Of a stretch of 32,000 nucleotides of DNA, positions 9,580-19,084 are shown in pieces. Below the pieces are notes generated by a model that was given only the letters and a program-made list of their open reading frames with translations, searched no databases and had not been told where the DNA came from. The stretch comes from Ferroglobus placidus DSM 10642 (GTDB lineage: Archaea > Halobacteriota > Archaeoglobi > Archaeoglobales > Archaeoglobaceae), in assembly GCF_000025505.1 (NCBI RefSeq), contig NC_013849.1, positions 390,001-422,000 on the forward strand, written 5' to 3'. A program made the translations under genes and the position numbers. Every line of letters starts with the position of its first letter. Position 1 is the first letter of the stretch.

Positions 9580-9945
9580 ATGGGTCTTCTGGATAAACTT
9601 TTCGGAAGAGAACAAGATGAGGAGGATGCTGGGCCCTTTGATGTGGAAAGCTTTTCGGAGCTTAACAGATATCTGAAGGATAACAGATGCGTGGTCGTGG
9701 AGTTCTGGATGAGAGGTTGTTCTCCTTGCAAAGCAATGGATGCAATTGTGAAGAGGCTTGCTAAAGAATACAGGGGAAAGGTGATGTTTCTTAAATCACA
9801 CTTCCGCACAGAAATTGCGGATAAATACAAGGTGAAGAGTGTACCAACATTTCTGCTGTTTGTAGATGGGAAAGTGAGAAAGAAGAAGAGGGGAGCGATG
9901 AGCTATGAGGCTTTCAAGAACTGGATGTCTGGGTGCGTTCGCTGA
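9580..9945 (+). CDS. Thioredoxin-like protein (CSPC)
   Basis: VVVEFWMRGCSPCKAMDAIVKRLAKEYRGKVMFLKSHFRTEIADKYKVKSVPTFLLFVDGK; GGGTGAG RBS before ATG 9580. Confidence 0.85.
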   Translation: MGLLDKLFGREQDEEDAGPFDVESFSELNRYLKDNRCVVVEFWMRGCSPCKAMDAIVKRLAKEYRGKVMFLKSHFRTEIADKYKVKSVPTFLLFVDGKVRKKKRGAMSYEAFKNWMSGCVR

Positions 9946-9977
9946 ATTTTCAATTGTGAATGCTTAGGGTGTGTTGA

Positions 9978-10673
9978 ATGGTTGCTTTTTTGAGGAGAGA
10001 GGTTGCAAGGAGGGTTTTTGCCAGGGAACTCATGGACTCATCCTACACAATCAGGGATGAGTTCGAGAAGAGTCCGGTTTATGTTCTAACACCCCTTGGA
10101 TTAAAATGCAACAGGGTTTTTATTATCGGAGTTCTCGCGGAAAAGGAGGAGGTTGGGGAAGAAGGGAATGTTTACAGGGTCAGGATACTTGACCAGACCG
10201 GCTCCTTTGTTGGTTATGTTGGAAGATTTCAGCCTGAGGCCTATGAGGCTCTTGAAGAGATAGATATACTGACTCTTGTTGCAACAACAGCAAAGGTGAG
10301 GGTTTTTGAGGGCGAAACGAGGAAATTTGTTTTTATCCGCCCCGAGACAATAAGCCCTGCCGACCCTGAATCGAGGGACTACTGGGTTGTTGAAACGGCA
10401 GTCCATACACTTGAAAGGATAAGGGAGATGAAGAGAGGAGAGAGTGAGAATGCCAGGCTTGCAAAGGAAATATACAATACAAATCTTGAAGAGTATAAGA
10501 GTATGGTTAAAGAGGCGGTGATGAGGCTGATGGAGGATTATGCGGAAGTTGAGGAAGATAAAGAGGAGGGAGAAGAGGAGATAACTCTTGAAGAGATAGT
10601 GAAAAAACTTAATAGCTTTTTAGACGTTGAGGAGGAGGAAGAAATAGACTTGATGAAGCTTCTGGAAGAGTAG
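9978..10673 (+). CDS. OB-fold protein resembling archaeal RPA-associated proteins
   Basis: Middle region VYRVRILDQTGSFVGYVGRFQPEAYEALEEIDILTLVATTAKVRVFEG resembles the archaeal RPA-associated (COG3390-like) OB domain; acidic C-terminus. Confidence 0.6.
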   Translation: MVAFLRREVARRVFARELMDSSYTIRDEFEKSPVYVLTPLGLKCNRVFIIGVLAEKEEVGEEGNVYRVRILDQTGSFVGYVGRFQPEAYEALEEIDILTLVATTAKVRVFEGETRKFVFIRPETISPADPESRDYWVVETAVHTLERIREMKRGESENARLAKEIYNTNLEEYKSMVKEAVMRLMEDYAEVEEDKEEGEEEITLEEIVKKLNSFLDVEEEEEIDLMKLLEE

Positions 10674-10697
10674 TTGCGTCCATCAGGAGGACCTGGT

Positions 10698-11021
10698 ATG
10701 AGGGAGGAAAGTAGAGATGCAATGCGGGTGTATCTTAATAAAATTGGAGAGTTTGAGCTTTCGGATAGTTTGGCATTCAGCGTCTCATATGACGAACAGG
10801 GTTTGTGGTGTGTGGAAAACGATGAAGTAGAAATATATGGGTACGGTTCAACTTTTCATGAGGCTGTAAAAGATTTGGAGGAGAGTTTGAGGTCATTGTT
10901 AATTGGATTTCTTGCTTTCCCAGATGAAAAGCTCAATGAGCGATCGAAGGAAATAAAATTAGCCCTATCCAAATACATAAACATAGATAAATATAAAAAA
11001 GTGTATGATCCCTTAAGGTGA
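10698..11021 (+). CDS. HicB-like small protein
   Basis: FSVSYDEQGLWCVENDEVEIYGYGSTFHEAVKDLEESLRSLL matches the HicB-type pattern. ORF opens at 10674; start uncertain. Confidence 0.5.
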   Translation: MREESRDAMRVYLNKIGEFELSDSLAFSVSYDEQGLWCVENDEVEIYGYGSTFHEAVKDLEESLRSLLIGFLAFPDEKLNERSKEIKLALSKYINIDKYKKVYDPLR

Positions 11022-12227
11022 GTTCCCCTTGCCTACAATTACCCTCCCATCAGGCAGTGTTGCCACATACACCCATCCAGCTTCGAGGTATGAGTCGATT
11101 TCTTCAGGCCTTACAGCCTTCTGCTTCGGTTCAACACCTTCATCTCCTCCTTCAGCTGTTCTTGTCTGCAGGAAGAACATTGCTGCCCTCTCGTACTTCA
11201 GCCTCATATCCTCAACAAGTGATTCAGGCAGCCTGTTCTTGTTTGTTGTATACTGATGCTCTATATCCCCCTTGTGCCCCATCCAGAAGACCCTGTAGTC
11301 TTCAGGAATTATTCCTGCTGCCTCCGCCATAAGCATGTAGGTGTCGAAGTAGTGCCTCAGCACATAGGGGCGCCAGTCAAAGCCGGCAATTCTTATAGCC
11401 TTTCTTACAGCATTGGAAATGCTTGCAGTTCTAAGAAAGCTGGTGCCAGCCCTCCCGGAAATCAGAGGTGAGGAGGGTGTGAGCTTCTCCCCCTTCCTTA
11501 GCCGCATGCTGAGGTAATCCTGCAAGTATTCACATCCCTCCTCACACAGAAATGTGAAGTACTGGTGCCCCGCCTTACTGAGGGATGATCTGACAACAAC
11601 CATCGCAGGAGTGTTGATAAACTCCACTCTATCCCCTATCCTCAGCTCCGGAACATCTCCAATCCTCAATCCATCCTCACCCCTGTAATCTCCAAGAACG
11701 CCAAGGCGCACTCCTGCAAAGGCTATGAGGGCTATCGCCGCCCTAACCCTCAAATCGGCTTTCCACAGCACTTTCCTCAGCTCTTTTTTTGATGGTACCC
11801 TCTCAGTCTCAGAAACCCTTGTCCTGTGGACATCCTTAATCCTGATGTGGACGTTGAAGGGGCGGTTGTGAAATCTGAACCAGCTCTTCAGCACCTTCAC
11901 AAAGGATATGGCATAGCTTCCAGACTTATCCTCAAGGGATGTGATGTAGTCCATCAAAACGTCTCTGAGCCTGCTGTCCTCCATATCCAGCAGCATTTCC
12001 GGATCTATGTCTGTGTCCCTGCAGAACTTTGCGAGCCTTTTCAGGTAGAGGTCTGCGGTTGCAGGAGATCCCCTTGCCAGATTCCTGTACCATCTCAGCA
12101 CGCTGCTGATTTTCAGCAGGTCTCTGTAGCTTGTTATAGCTGGCGGGTTTTGATCCTGCTGCCGCCACTGCCACGGCGGGTTTTGATCCTGGCCCTGATC
12201 CTGGTCCGGATCCATAACACCCACCAC
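11013..12227 (-). CDS. Tyrosine recombinase / integrase
   Basis: Catalytic-type residues in order: GVR, KAGH, LRHYFDTY, MGHKGDIEHQYT; N-terminal SAM-like domain. Confidence 0.85.
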   Translation of the reverse strand: MVGVMDPDQDQGQDQNPPWQWRQQDQNPPAITSYRDLLKISSVLRWYRNLARGSPATADLYLKRLAKFCRDTDIDPEMLLDMEDSRLRDVLMDYITSLEDKSGSYAISFVKVLKSWFRFHNRPFNVHIRIKDVHRTRVSETERVPSKKELRKVLWKADLRVRAAIALIAFAGVRLGVLGDYRGEDGLRIGDVPELRIGDRVEFINTPAMVVVRSSLSKAGHQYFTFLCEEGCEYLQDYLSMRLRKGEKLTPSSPLISGRAGTSFLRTASISNAVRKAIRIAGFDWRPYVLRHYFDTYMLMAEAAGIIPEDYRVFWMGHKGDIEHQYTTNKNRLPESLVEDMRLKYERAAMFFLQTRTAEGGDEGVEPKQKAVRPEEIDSYLEAGWVYVATLPDGRVIVGKGNSP

Positions 12228-12232
12228 CTGCT

Positions 12233-13747
12233 CTACCTCACAACCTCAATCCTGAACCCGCGCTCTGTAATGGCGTAAAGCCTCTTCTGGTACTTCTCAA
12301 ACTCCTCTTCAGTCATCAGAATTATGTGCTCTGGCTCCTGCTTTTGAGAGTGCATGAGTCTTCCGAAACGCTGGCTCTCCTGCATTCTGCTGCCTCCAAG
12401 AAATGCAATCTCCACCACTCTCTCCACATCTCCTATGCTGATACCTTCATCACCAACCCTTGAAACCACACAAACCTCAGAATCTCTTATGATATCCATC
12501 CTGTTCTTTGTCTCGCCATAAACGAATGGAACGCCGAACTCCCTTGCAATCCTCTTGCCGAAATCGATGCTGTCGCAGAAGATGATCGTTTTTGCAGGAA
12601 TTTCCAACAGATCCCTGAGCTTCCTCAGCTTCTCTCTCTCACTGTCTACAATGTACAGCTTGAACACCGGTTCTTTAACAACTCCTTTCTCCAGCAACTC
12701 ATCCCACGATAAGCCGACTGGAAAGCCTGTAAGGGCGAAAATGTAGTTCTCCCTTTTGTCTTCTCTGAAAGGGCTTCCGCTAAGCCCGATTCTGTATTTC
12801 GTTTTAATCGTTGCAAGCCTTATGAAGGTGTTGGCTGGGAGATGGTGCACTTCATCAAAAATTGTCAGCGTAAACTCCTTTTTTGCAACTTTGTGGTATG
12901 AGTGGTAGGTTATGACCTCTATTTCGCTGGCATACTCAGGGATGTACTTCCTTATCCTCTCTTCCCACTGCTCTACAAGTGTTCTTGTTGGCACTACAAC
13001 AAGCTTTTTGCCCTTAATCCTCGCAAGAGCATAAACACCGAACAGGGACTTGCCCGCTCCGAATGGCCAAAATATTCCCACAGCCCCCTTATCCAGGAAC
13101 TCTTCCCAGGCCTTTTCCTGATATGATCTCAGCTTGATTTCATCCCACTCCCTTAAATCCTCATCACTGACCGGCTGCGGGATAAACGGAAGGATGCCGT
13201 CCTCGATCAGCTTTGCTATCAGCTCGAATTCGTATCCTTTCTTTATCTTTATCCTGTCCTCGCCCTCTCTCCTCAGCAGATACTTCCTGTATTTCCTCCA
13301 CGCCTCATCCTGATGCTCCCTGCCCGTCCACAGAACACCGTCGATAACCTTGTAAGGCTTAACTTCCGGAAACTTCAGCCTCTTTTTGATGTTTTCAGGG
13401 AGTGGGTAGAGCCACTGGGTGTATCGGTTAATTACAAAGATTCTGTAGGCTTTTGTTTCTCTCTCAAGCCAGCCGATGTTGAATCGGATAAATTTTGGAA
13501 CAATGACATAGTACTCATCCTTTCGCTTTGGCAGGATTAGATACGGTTCCTCCAGGAACTCCTCAATCAAACTACCAACATCATCCTCAAGGTTTAGAAT
13601 CTGGAGCTGGCTGAGTTTCTCCTCAAGTTCCCTCTCAAACCGCCTTTTCTCCTCCTGCAGCAGGGCCACAAGTTCATCCAGTCTTGAAATCCCCTTCTCA
13701 ACATCCTCCACAACCCTTCTGATTTCACCGTCAGCGAGCACCTTCAT
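12233..13747 (-). CDS. XPB/SSL2-like SF2 helicase
   Basis: GIFWPFGAGKS (motif I), VVVPTRTLVEQW (Ia), IFDEVHH (DEVH box), GLSGSPFR (III), GGSRMQESQRFGRLMH (VI). ATG 13747 preceded by AAAGGTGAGAG. Confidence 0.85.
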   Translation of the reverse strand: MKVLADGEIRRVVEDVEKGISRLDELVALLQEEKRRFERELEEKLSQLQILNLEDDVGSLIEEFLEEPYLILPKRKDEYYVIVPKFIRFNIGWLERETKAYRIFVINRYTQWLYPLPENIKKRLKFPEVKPYKVIDGVLWTGREHQDEAWRKYRKYLLRREGEDRIKIKKGYEFELIAKLIEDGILPFIPQPVSDEDLREWDEIKLRSYQEKAWEEFLDKGAVGIFWPFGAGKSLFGVYALARIKGKKLVVVPTRTLVEQWEERIRKYIPEYASEIEVITYHSYHKVAKKEFTLTIFDEVHHLPANTFIRLATIKTKYRIGLSGSPFREDKRENYIFALTGFPVGLSWDELLEKGVVKEPVFKLYIVDSEREKLRKLRDLLEIPAKTIIFCDSIDFGKRIAREFGVPFVYGETKNRMDIIRDSEVCVVSRVGDEGISIGDVERVVEIAFLGGSRMQESQRFGRLMHSQKQEPEHIILMTEEEFEKYQKRLYAITERGFRIEVVR

Positions 13748-13914
13748 ACTCTCACCTTTTGGCCAAGGTCTGGAGCCGCAGTTTGGTCGCCGCAGTTTGT
13801 CGCTGCCACACACCCTCACCACTCTCTTCTCCACTCTCTTCTCACAACCCGCTCACGTCAGATCCTGTGCTGAGCTCACTGGAGAGCAGGTGCTATCGCA
13901 GCCTTCACCCACTC

Positions 13915-15780
13915 TCACACTCCCGCGCCTCCGCCTGCAGATGCAGACGCAGATGCAGCTGAAGTAAGACCCTTAACAAGGAACACAGACCTTTCCCTGT
14001 TGCAGAACTCAAGAAAGTCCCTGAGCACACCACCTCTCGACCTTATCCTCCTCCAGTTCCCCACCACAATCAACTTTTTCCTTGCCCTTGTAAAGGCAAC
14101 GTTCAGCCTGTTCGGATCTGCAGCGAACCTGAAGTTTCTGGTTGCCGTAACGGTGAAGATAACAACATCCTTCTCCCTCCCCTGGAAAGCATCCACAGTC
14201 CCAATCTCAACCGACCTGCCCATCACCTCCTTCAGCAGCTCAACCTGTGCTCTGTAGGGAGAGATGCACGCAATCTCCTGCTCAGGAACTCCTGCCTTCA
14301 CGAGCTCCTCAACCAGCCACCTGCACACCTCCACCTCACTAACATTTGCCTTCGATCCATCCATAACCACCTCTTCCCCCTCAACGCTGACAAAGACAAC
14401 CGGTTTGTCGGGGGAGAGTGCGGGCTGAACATGCTTTCCCGTCTCAAGAACAATGCTCCTGCATGACTCATCAGGCTGAATGCTCTCCTCATAGAAAAAC
14501 CTTGTAAGGGAGGCTATCTTGCTGTTGCTCCTGTAATGCCTCTTCAGCCACTTCACGCGGTGAGGATACTTGTTTTTCAGGTAGATGAACGCGCTGTATC
14601 TCCGTGCATCTCTTACAGACCTCAAAACGGGGAGGAGCTGATGGTGGTCGCCAACAAGCACGTACTTTCTGGCTTTAACCATGCCGAGCAGGGCCAGGCT
14701 TATGCTCACCTGACTTGACTCATCTATCAGCACCGTGTCAAACTCAACATTCTTCACGGGCCAGAGGTTGGACTTTATCAGGGTTGTGCCAACAATTTTC
14801 GCCTCCTCCACCACCTCCTCCTCAGCTGCTTTGAGCAGTTCCGCCCTCTCGTGGTACAGAAAATCCAGCCCCATGCTGAGAAAGACCTCTCCCCACCCTC
14901 CCTTCTTCCTCCTTCTCATATTCTTTTTAATCCTCTCTACCTCTCTGTCCAGCTGTTTAAGCCTCCTTCCCACTCCCTCCTTTTCCCTTGCCCTATTTTC
15001 GATGAGATAATCCTTCATGCTCTCAGAAACCCTCTCGGGCCTGCCCACTCTGACGGCCATGGATGGGTGCAGCCTCTCAAGGGCAGTATCAACCGCCCTG
15101 TTTGTGTGGGAGGTTATCAGAACCTTCTCTCCCTGATCTGCAAGCTCAAGTGCTGCCCTTGAAATGACCCTCGTTTTCCCCGTTCCAGGCGGGCCAACCA
15201 CAAGGAGCAGCTCTCCCTCCTCAAGGGCAAGAATGGACTCTACCGCCTCTTTCTGAAACTCATCCAGGCCAACACCCACAATCCTCTTTCTCGCAATTGC
15301 TGGAGGGAGTTTTGCTTTGCCGAAAACAACCTCGGAAGCCATCTCCTCAAGCGGATCTGCAGCACCGTGGATAATCTTCTCCAGGAGGTTTATCTGGAGA
15401 TCATAACCCACTAGGTTCTCGGATTTAAAGACCAGAAGAGACTCTTCATTAAATGCGAGAGGAGAGGTGGAGTAAACAACCGCCGTATCATCATACCTGT
15501 CGACAACAAAACCGAGGTTTACAGGCCTATCCAACAGCACACCGACAGTGTCCCCCACATCAAAAAGCCAGAAGTCCTTGACGAGGTGGACTTTCCCAAC
15601 TGTGTATATCCTGGAGGGTGTAGCTCCAGCTCCAAGCCCTTCCTCCCCAAATATTTCCTTCTCCACCTCTTTCACAGCCAGTCTCCTCTCCTCAAGAACC
15701 AGCTGCAAAAGCTCCTCCAGCATGCTCCTGCCAACTCTCGCCATCTCTATCCCCCTTCTCAAGGAGACTTTCTGCGCCAT
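13915..15780 (-). CDS. UPF1/IGHMBP2/DNA2-like SF1 helicase, paralog A
   Basis: GPPGTGKT, TSHTNRAVD, VLIDESSQVS, VGDHHQLLP, GTVDAFQGREKDVVIFTVT, LNVAFTRARKKLIVVGN. The true start may be ATG 15744. Confidence 0.9.
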   Translation of the reverse strand: MAQKVSLRRGIEMARVGRSMLEELLQLVLEERRLAVKEVEKEIFGEEGLGAGATPSRIYTVGKVHLVKDFWLFDVGDTVGVLLDRPVNLGFVVDRYDDTAVVYSTSPLAFNEESLLVFKSENLVGYDLQINLLEKIIHGAADPLEEMASEVVFGKAKLPPAIARKRIVGVGLDEFQKEAVESILALEEGELLLVVGPPGTGKTRVISRAALELADQGEKVLITSHTNRAVDTALERLHPSMAVRVGRPERVSESMKDYLIENRAREKEGVGRRLKQLDREVERIKKNMRRRKKGGWGEVFLSMGLDFLYHERAELLKAAEEEVVEEAKIVGTTLIKSNLWPVKNVEFDTVLIDESSQVSISLALLGMVKARKYVLVGDHHQLLPVLRSVRDARRYSAFIYLKNKYPHRVKWLKRHYRSNSKIASLTRFFYEESIQPDESCRSIVLETGKHVQPALSPDKPVVFVSVEGEEVVMDGSKANVSEVEVCRWLVEELVKAGVPEQEIACISPYRAQVELLKEVMGRSVEIGTVDAFQGREKDVVIFTVTATRNFRFAADPNRLNVAFTRARKKLIVVGNWRRIRSRGGVLRDFLEFCNRERSVFLVKGLTSAASASASAGGGAGV

Positions 15781-16014
15781 CTTTTATAACCTTTTTGGTT
15801 CATTTGTCCTGCATTGAGTGAACATATCAGTTTACCATTAATCAAATAATGGAACCACTATTACAAAATACTGTAACGGATTTACCCTTATGTTTTGATG
15901 GCTGTTCTGTGGGGTTTTACTTTAATAAAGTATTCTGGAGGCTTAGAGGCGAATGTTTAATGCCGATCACTCTCCGGTCACTTTCATCTGGGCAGGAGCT
16001 GCTGTTACAGCTTG

Positions 16015-17811
16015 TTACGGCTTCAACCACCTTTTCCTCTCCCAGTCGTAAATCCCTCCCACCTTGTACACGTATTCAAGGAACCTGCAAAGCAAGCTGT
16101 CCGATTTTGTAATAGCTCTTCCATTCCCGACCACAATCAACTTTTTCCTTGCCCTTGTAAAGGCAACATTCAGCCTGTTCGGATCTGAGACGAAATTCAT
16201 GTTTCCTGTGGCTGTAACACTAAAGATAACAACATCCTTCTCCCTCCCCTGGAAAGCATCCACCGTCCCAACCTCAACACCCTTCACCCTTTCAGCAATC
16301 CTCTTCCTCTGGGCTACATATGGGGAGATAACACCTATCCGTCCCGGGCTCAAGTACCTCCTCAGCTCTCCGACAAGGCTAACACAAACATCTACCTCCT
16401 TAGAATTGAACTTTGATTGTCCTTCCCTCTCCTCCTCTCCTTCAACATGGACAAAAACAACTGGTTTTTCATTTAGCACAGGGATGCTGCTCCTGATTTT
16501 CAGAATCTGTTTCCAGCACTCCTTTGCTGGCTCAATCTTTCCCTCATAAAAGTGCTCAGCAGAAAAGCCTATGATGTATGGATGACTCCTCCTGTGAACT
16601 CTGAGCATCTTCATGCGGTGCGGATACTTTTCCAGAAGGGATACGAAAGCTGAAAGCTTCTCCGAATTCCTCAGAGTTCTGAATATCGGCAGGAGCTGTC
16701 TGTCGTCCCCAACCAGAACCCACTTCCTTCCCTTAACCATCCCCAGCAGTGCAAGTGTTATTGAAGCTTGGCTGGACTCATCGATTATAACAGTGTCAAA
16801 GTCTGTCTCGGAAAGGGGATACAGCTGGGATTTCACAAGTGTTGATCCTATAACAGGCATTTTTTCAACAAGCTCTTCCGAAGTTTTCCTTAGCATGTTA
16901 TTCCTTTTTCTGTAAAGCTCTTTTAAATGCTCCTTGTACTTCCTCCTCACTTCATTTAGCTTTGCTTTCTCGAATCCCAAAGCCTTCTTTGCATCTTCCT
17001 CAATTTTAAGCAGCAGTTTTAGGGTTTTACCTATCTCTCCCTCAATTTCTTCCAACTTATCTCCTAAGCCTTCTCTGGCCTTGCATCCAAGCAGGTATTT
17101 TCTTATGCCAGGCAGAACTTTCTCAGGCCTTCCAACTCTCAAGGCCACACCTTCTGGAAGCTCCTCAACTGCATTGTCAACAGCTCTGTTTGTGTGGGAG
17201 GTTATCAGAACCTTCTCTCCCTGGTCTGCAAGCTCATACGCTATCTTTGCTATTACAACCGTCTTCCCGGTTCCTGGCGGGCCCCTGATGAGCAGGAGTT
17301 CGCCATCCTCCAGAGCCAGGGCTGCCTCAACAGCCTCTACCTGAGACTCGTCAAGCTCGTATCCTTTAACGTATTTGTTTCCCAGTTCAGCCCTTCTGAT
17401 TTCTCCAGCTTTTAAGTCATCAAAGAACAGACTTACCGCTCCCTCTCCTTCAAGTTCTCCGCTTTCTATCCTTTCTATCAGATCAATCTGCAAGTCAAAG
17501 GCAATTAAGGGCTCATAATTCGTTATCCTTAAATCCCATCCCTCCGCCAGCTCCAAGCTGGTGAAAACTGTTAGAATGTCCCGGGATGAATCCACAACCG
17601 TCCCGAGCTGCCTAATGGCTATCTCCCCTCCCCGACCAAGAACCAGGCCGAGAACATCACCGGGCTCAAAGAGATTTGCATATCTCGATTCCAGCGTTGC
17701 AATGCTTTCCGAAGTGTCAAGGACTTGGGCGGGGAGAATTAGCCTGAGCACGTCTTTCACTGCCCGCTCTCTTTCCCTGACAAGCACATCCTTCAGCAGT
17801 TTTACCTGCAT
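16015..17811 (-). CDS. UPF1/IGHMBP2/DNA2-like SF1 helicase, paralog B
   Basis: Same motif set as paralog A: GPPGTGKT, TSHTNRAVD, VIIDESSQAS, VGDDRQLLP, GTVDAFQGREKDVVIFSVT, LNVAFTRARKKLIVVGN; GGTGAG before ATG. Confidence 0.9.
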   Translation of the reverse strand: MQVKLLKDVLVRERERAVKDVLRLILPAQVLDTSESIATLESRYANLFEPGDVLGLVLGRGGEIAIRQLGTVVDSSRDILTVFTSLELAEGWDLRITNYEPLIAFDLQIDLIERIESGELEGEGAVSLFFDDLKAGEIRRAELGNKYVKGYELDESQVEAVEAALALEDGELLLIRGPPGTGKTVVIAKIAYELADQGEKVLITSHTNRAVDNAVEELPEGVALRVGRPEKVLPGIRKYLLGCKAREGLGDKLEEIEGEIGKTLKLLLKIEEDAKKALGFEKAKLNEVRRKYKEHLKELYRKRNNMLRKTSEELVEKMPVIGSTLVKSQLYPLSETDFDTVIIDESSQASITLALLGMVKGRKWVLVGDDRQLLPIFRTLRNSEKLSAFVSLLEKYPHRMKMLRVHRRSHPYIIGFSAEHFYEGKIEPAKECWKQILKIRSSIPVLNEKPVVFVHVEGEEEREGQSKFNSKEVDVCVSLVGELRRYLSPGRIGVISPYVAQRKRIAERVKGVEVGTVDAFQGREKDVVIFSVTATGNMNFVSDPNRLNVAFTRARKKLIVVGNGRAITKSDSLLCRFLEYVYKVGGIYDWERKRWLKP

Positions 17812-17943
17812 ATCTCACCACTCCGCTGGAGACCAACCAGCCTTCTTCTCCAACCTCCTCAAACCCGGCTTTATTTTACCATTTTACTCTATCGGGAAAG
17901 CGGAGGGAAAAAGTTTATGTCTGCGAGATGAAATGAAGAAGGT

Positions 17944-18255
17944 ATGGGGGATACAGCAATAGTGCTTGTAGGACTGCTTATCGGCCTTGTGCTGGGATTG
18001 AGCGGTGTGGCAACTCTCCTCAATCTTATGAGTGATGTCGTAAGCAATGCACAGACACAGCTCTCACAGCTCGGAGCTGCATCAACCATCATCCTTCTGG
18101 TCATGGCCCTGATACTGATAATAAAGGTCAGAGTTCTCTCCTCTTTAATCGTGGGAGCAATAGTAGGGGCTGTGGCAGAATTTATACTGGAGGCAAATGG
18201 CATCCACATTTTTGAGGCAATTAGATCGGCAGTTTTTGGGTTATTGGGATCCTAA
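17944..18255 (+). CDS. Small integral membrane protein
   Basis: 103 aa with three hydrophobic segments; opposite strand to its neighbours. Confidence 0.55.
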   Translation: MGDTAIVLVGLLIGLVLGLSGVATLLNLMSDVVSNAQTQLSQLGAASTIILLVMALILIIKVRVLSSLIVGAIVGAVAEFILEANGIHIFEAIRSAVFGLLGS

Positions 18256-18578
18256 GCACCAGTCCCGAATTGGGATCTCAAGCACAATTCCGAGGGCTGG
18301 CAAGAACAATGTACCTCCATCCTCTCTCAAGCCTTGCCAGGCCGCTACCATTATCAGAGCTACTGACTCTTATCTGCTTACCACCTGGCCCCGATCCTGC
18401 GATCTGACCCAACAACCTGGCCCAACACACGGAGGTAATAAACCTACTGTAACCAACCAGGGTGCGTCCCACTCTTGTCCTTTATATACATGTGAGAGAT
18501 ACCAGATCTCAGCCAAAGTTTAAGCATGCTATTACGTCCTTCTCTTTATAAGGCTTTATAAAGGGTGCAGCTCGGACA

Positions 18579-19004
18579 TTAGCACTTCCCCCTGAAATGA
18601 TCCCATTCGTAGCATTTTGTTCCGTCCTGGAGAATGCAGACTGCGCATTCCTGTGAGAATGTGCAGCCTTCAGTCGTGGTCGTTATCCTGCCCCCATTTT
18701 TCTCGCAGTAGGTGTAACTCTGACCGCATTTCCCGTTAAAGAAGGCCCATGCGTCGCATTTATCGCCGTCGGGGAATATACAGTATCCTGTCTGTCCTTT
18801 ATCCGTCACAACTCTGTACTCGTAGCCAAGCTTTGTGCAGTAAACCGCAGCAGGGTTTGGAACGCTGTCAGGGATCTGGTAGCCCGGAGCCGGGACAGGA
18901 GTGGATGGAGTGCTGCCCCCCGCCCCCGGTGCCACCGGTTTCTCGCAGCAGGCCACGGACAATGCCAGTATGAGTAGGGAGAGTATCAGAACTCCTTTCC
19001 TCAT
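18579..19004 (-). CDS. DUF333-type secreted lipoprotein
   Basis: Lipobox-like N-terminus (LALSVACCEKP), NPAAVYCTKLGYEYRVVTDKGQTGYCIFPDGDKCDAWAFFNGKC and a second partial copy. Confidence 0.8.
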   Translation of the reverse strand: MRKGVLILSLLILALSVACCEKPVAPGAGGSTPSTPVPAPGYQIPDSVPNPAAVYCTKLGYEYRVVTDKGQTGYCIFPDGDKCDAWAFFNGKCGQSYTYCEKNGGRITTTTEGCTFSQECAVCILQDGTKCYEWDHFRGKC

Positions 19005-19084
19005 TTTAACACCTCCACATCCTCTCTATATACCTCTTATCTCTTATCTCTTTTTTCTTCTTTAAAATAATAAATAAACCTTCC

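Noticed and set aside
11018-12278. Plus-strand ORFs inside the integrase gene
   Set aside because: The integrase minus-strand frame has all expected catalytic motifs; the opposing frames show none
14000-17415. Plus-strand ORFs opposite the SF1 helicases
   Set aside because: Antisense to well-supported helicase motifs; no plausible domains or RBS
18256-18578. SRP RNA or RNase P RNA
   Set aside because: I could not find the conserved helix 8 or RNase P CR-I/CR-V signatures by eye, so only a generic ncRNA candidate is proposed
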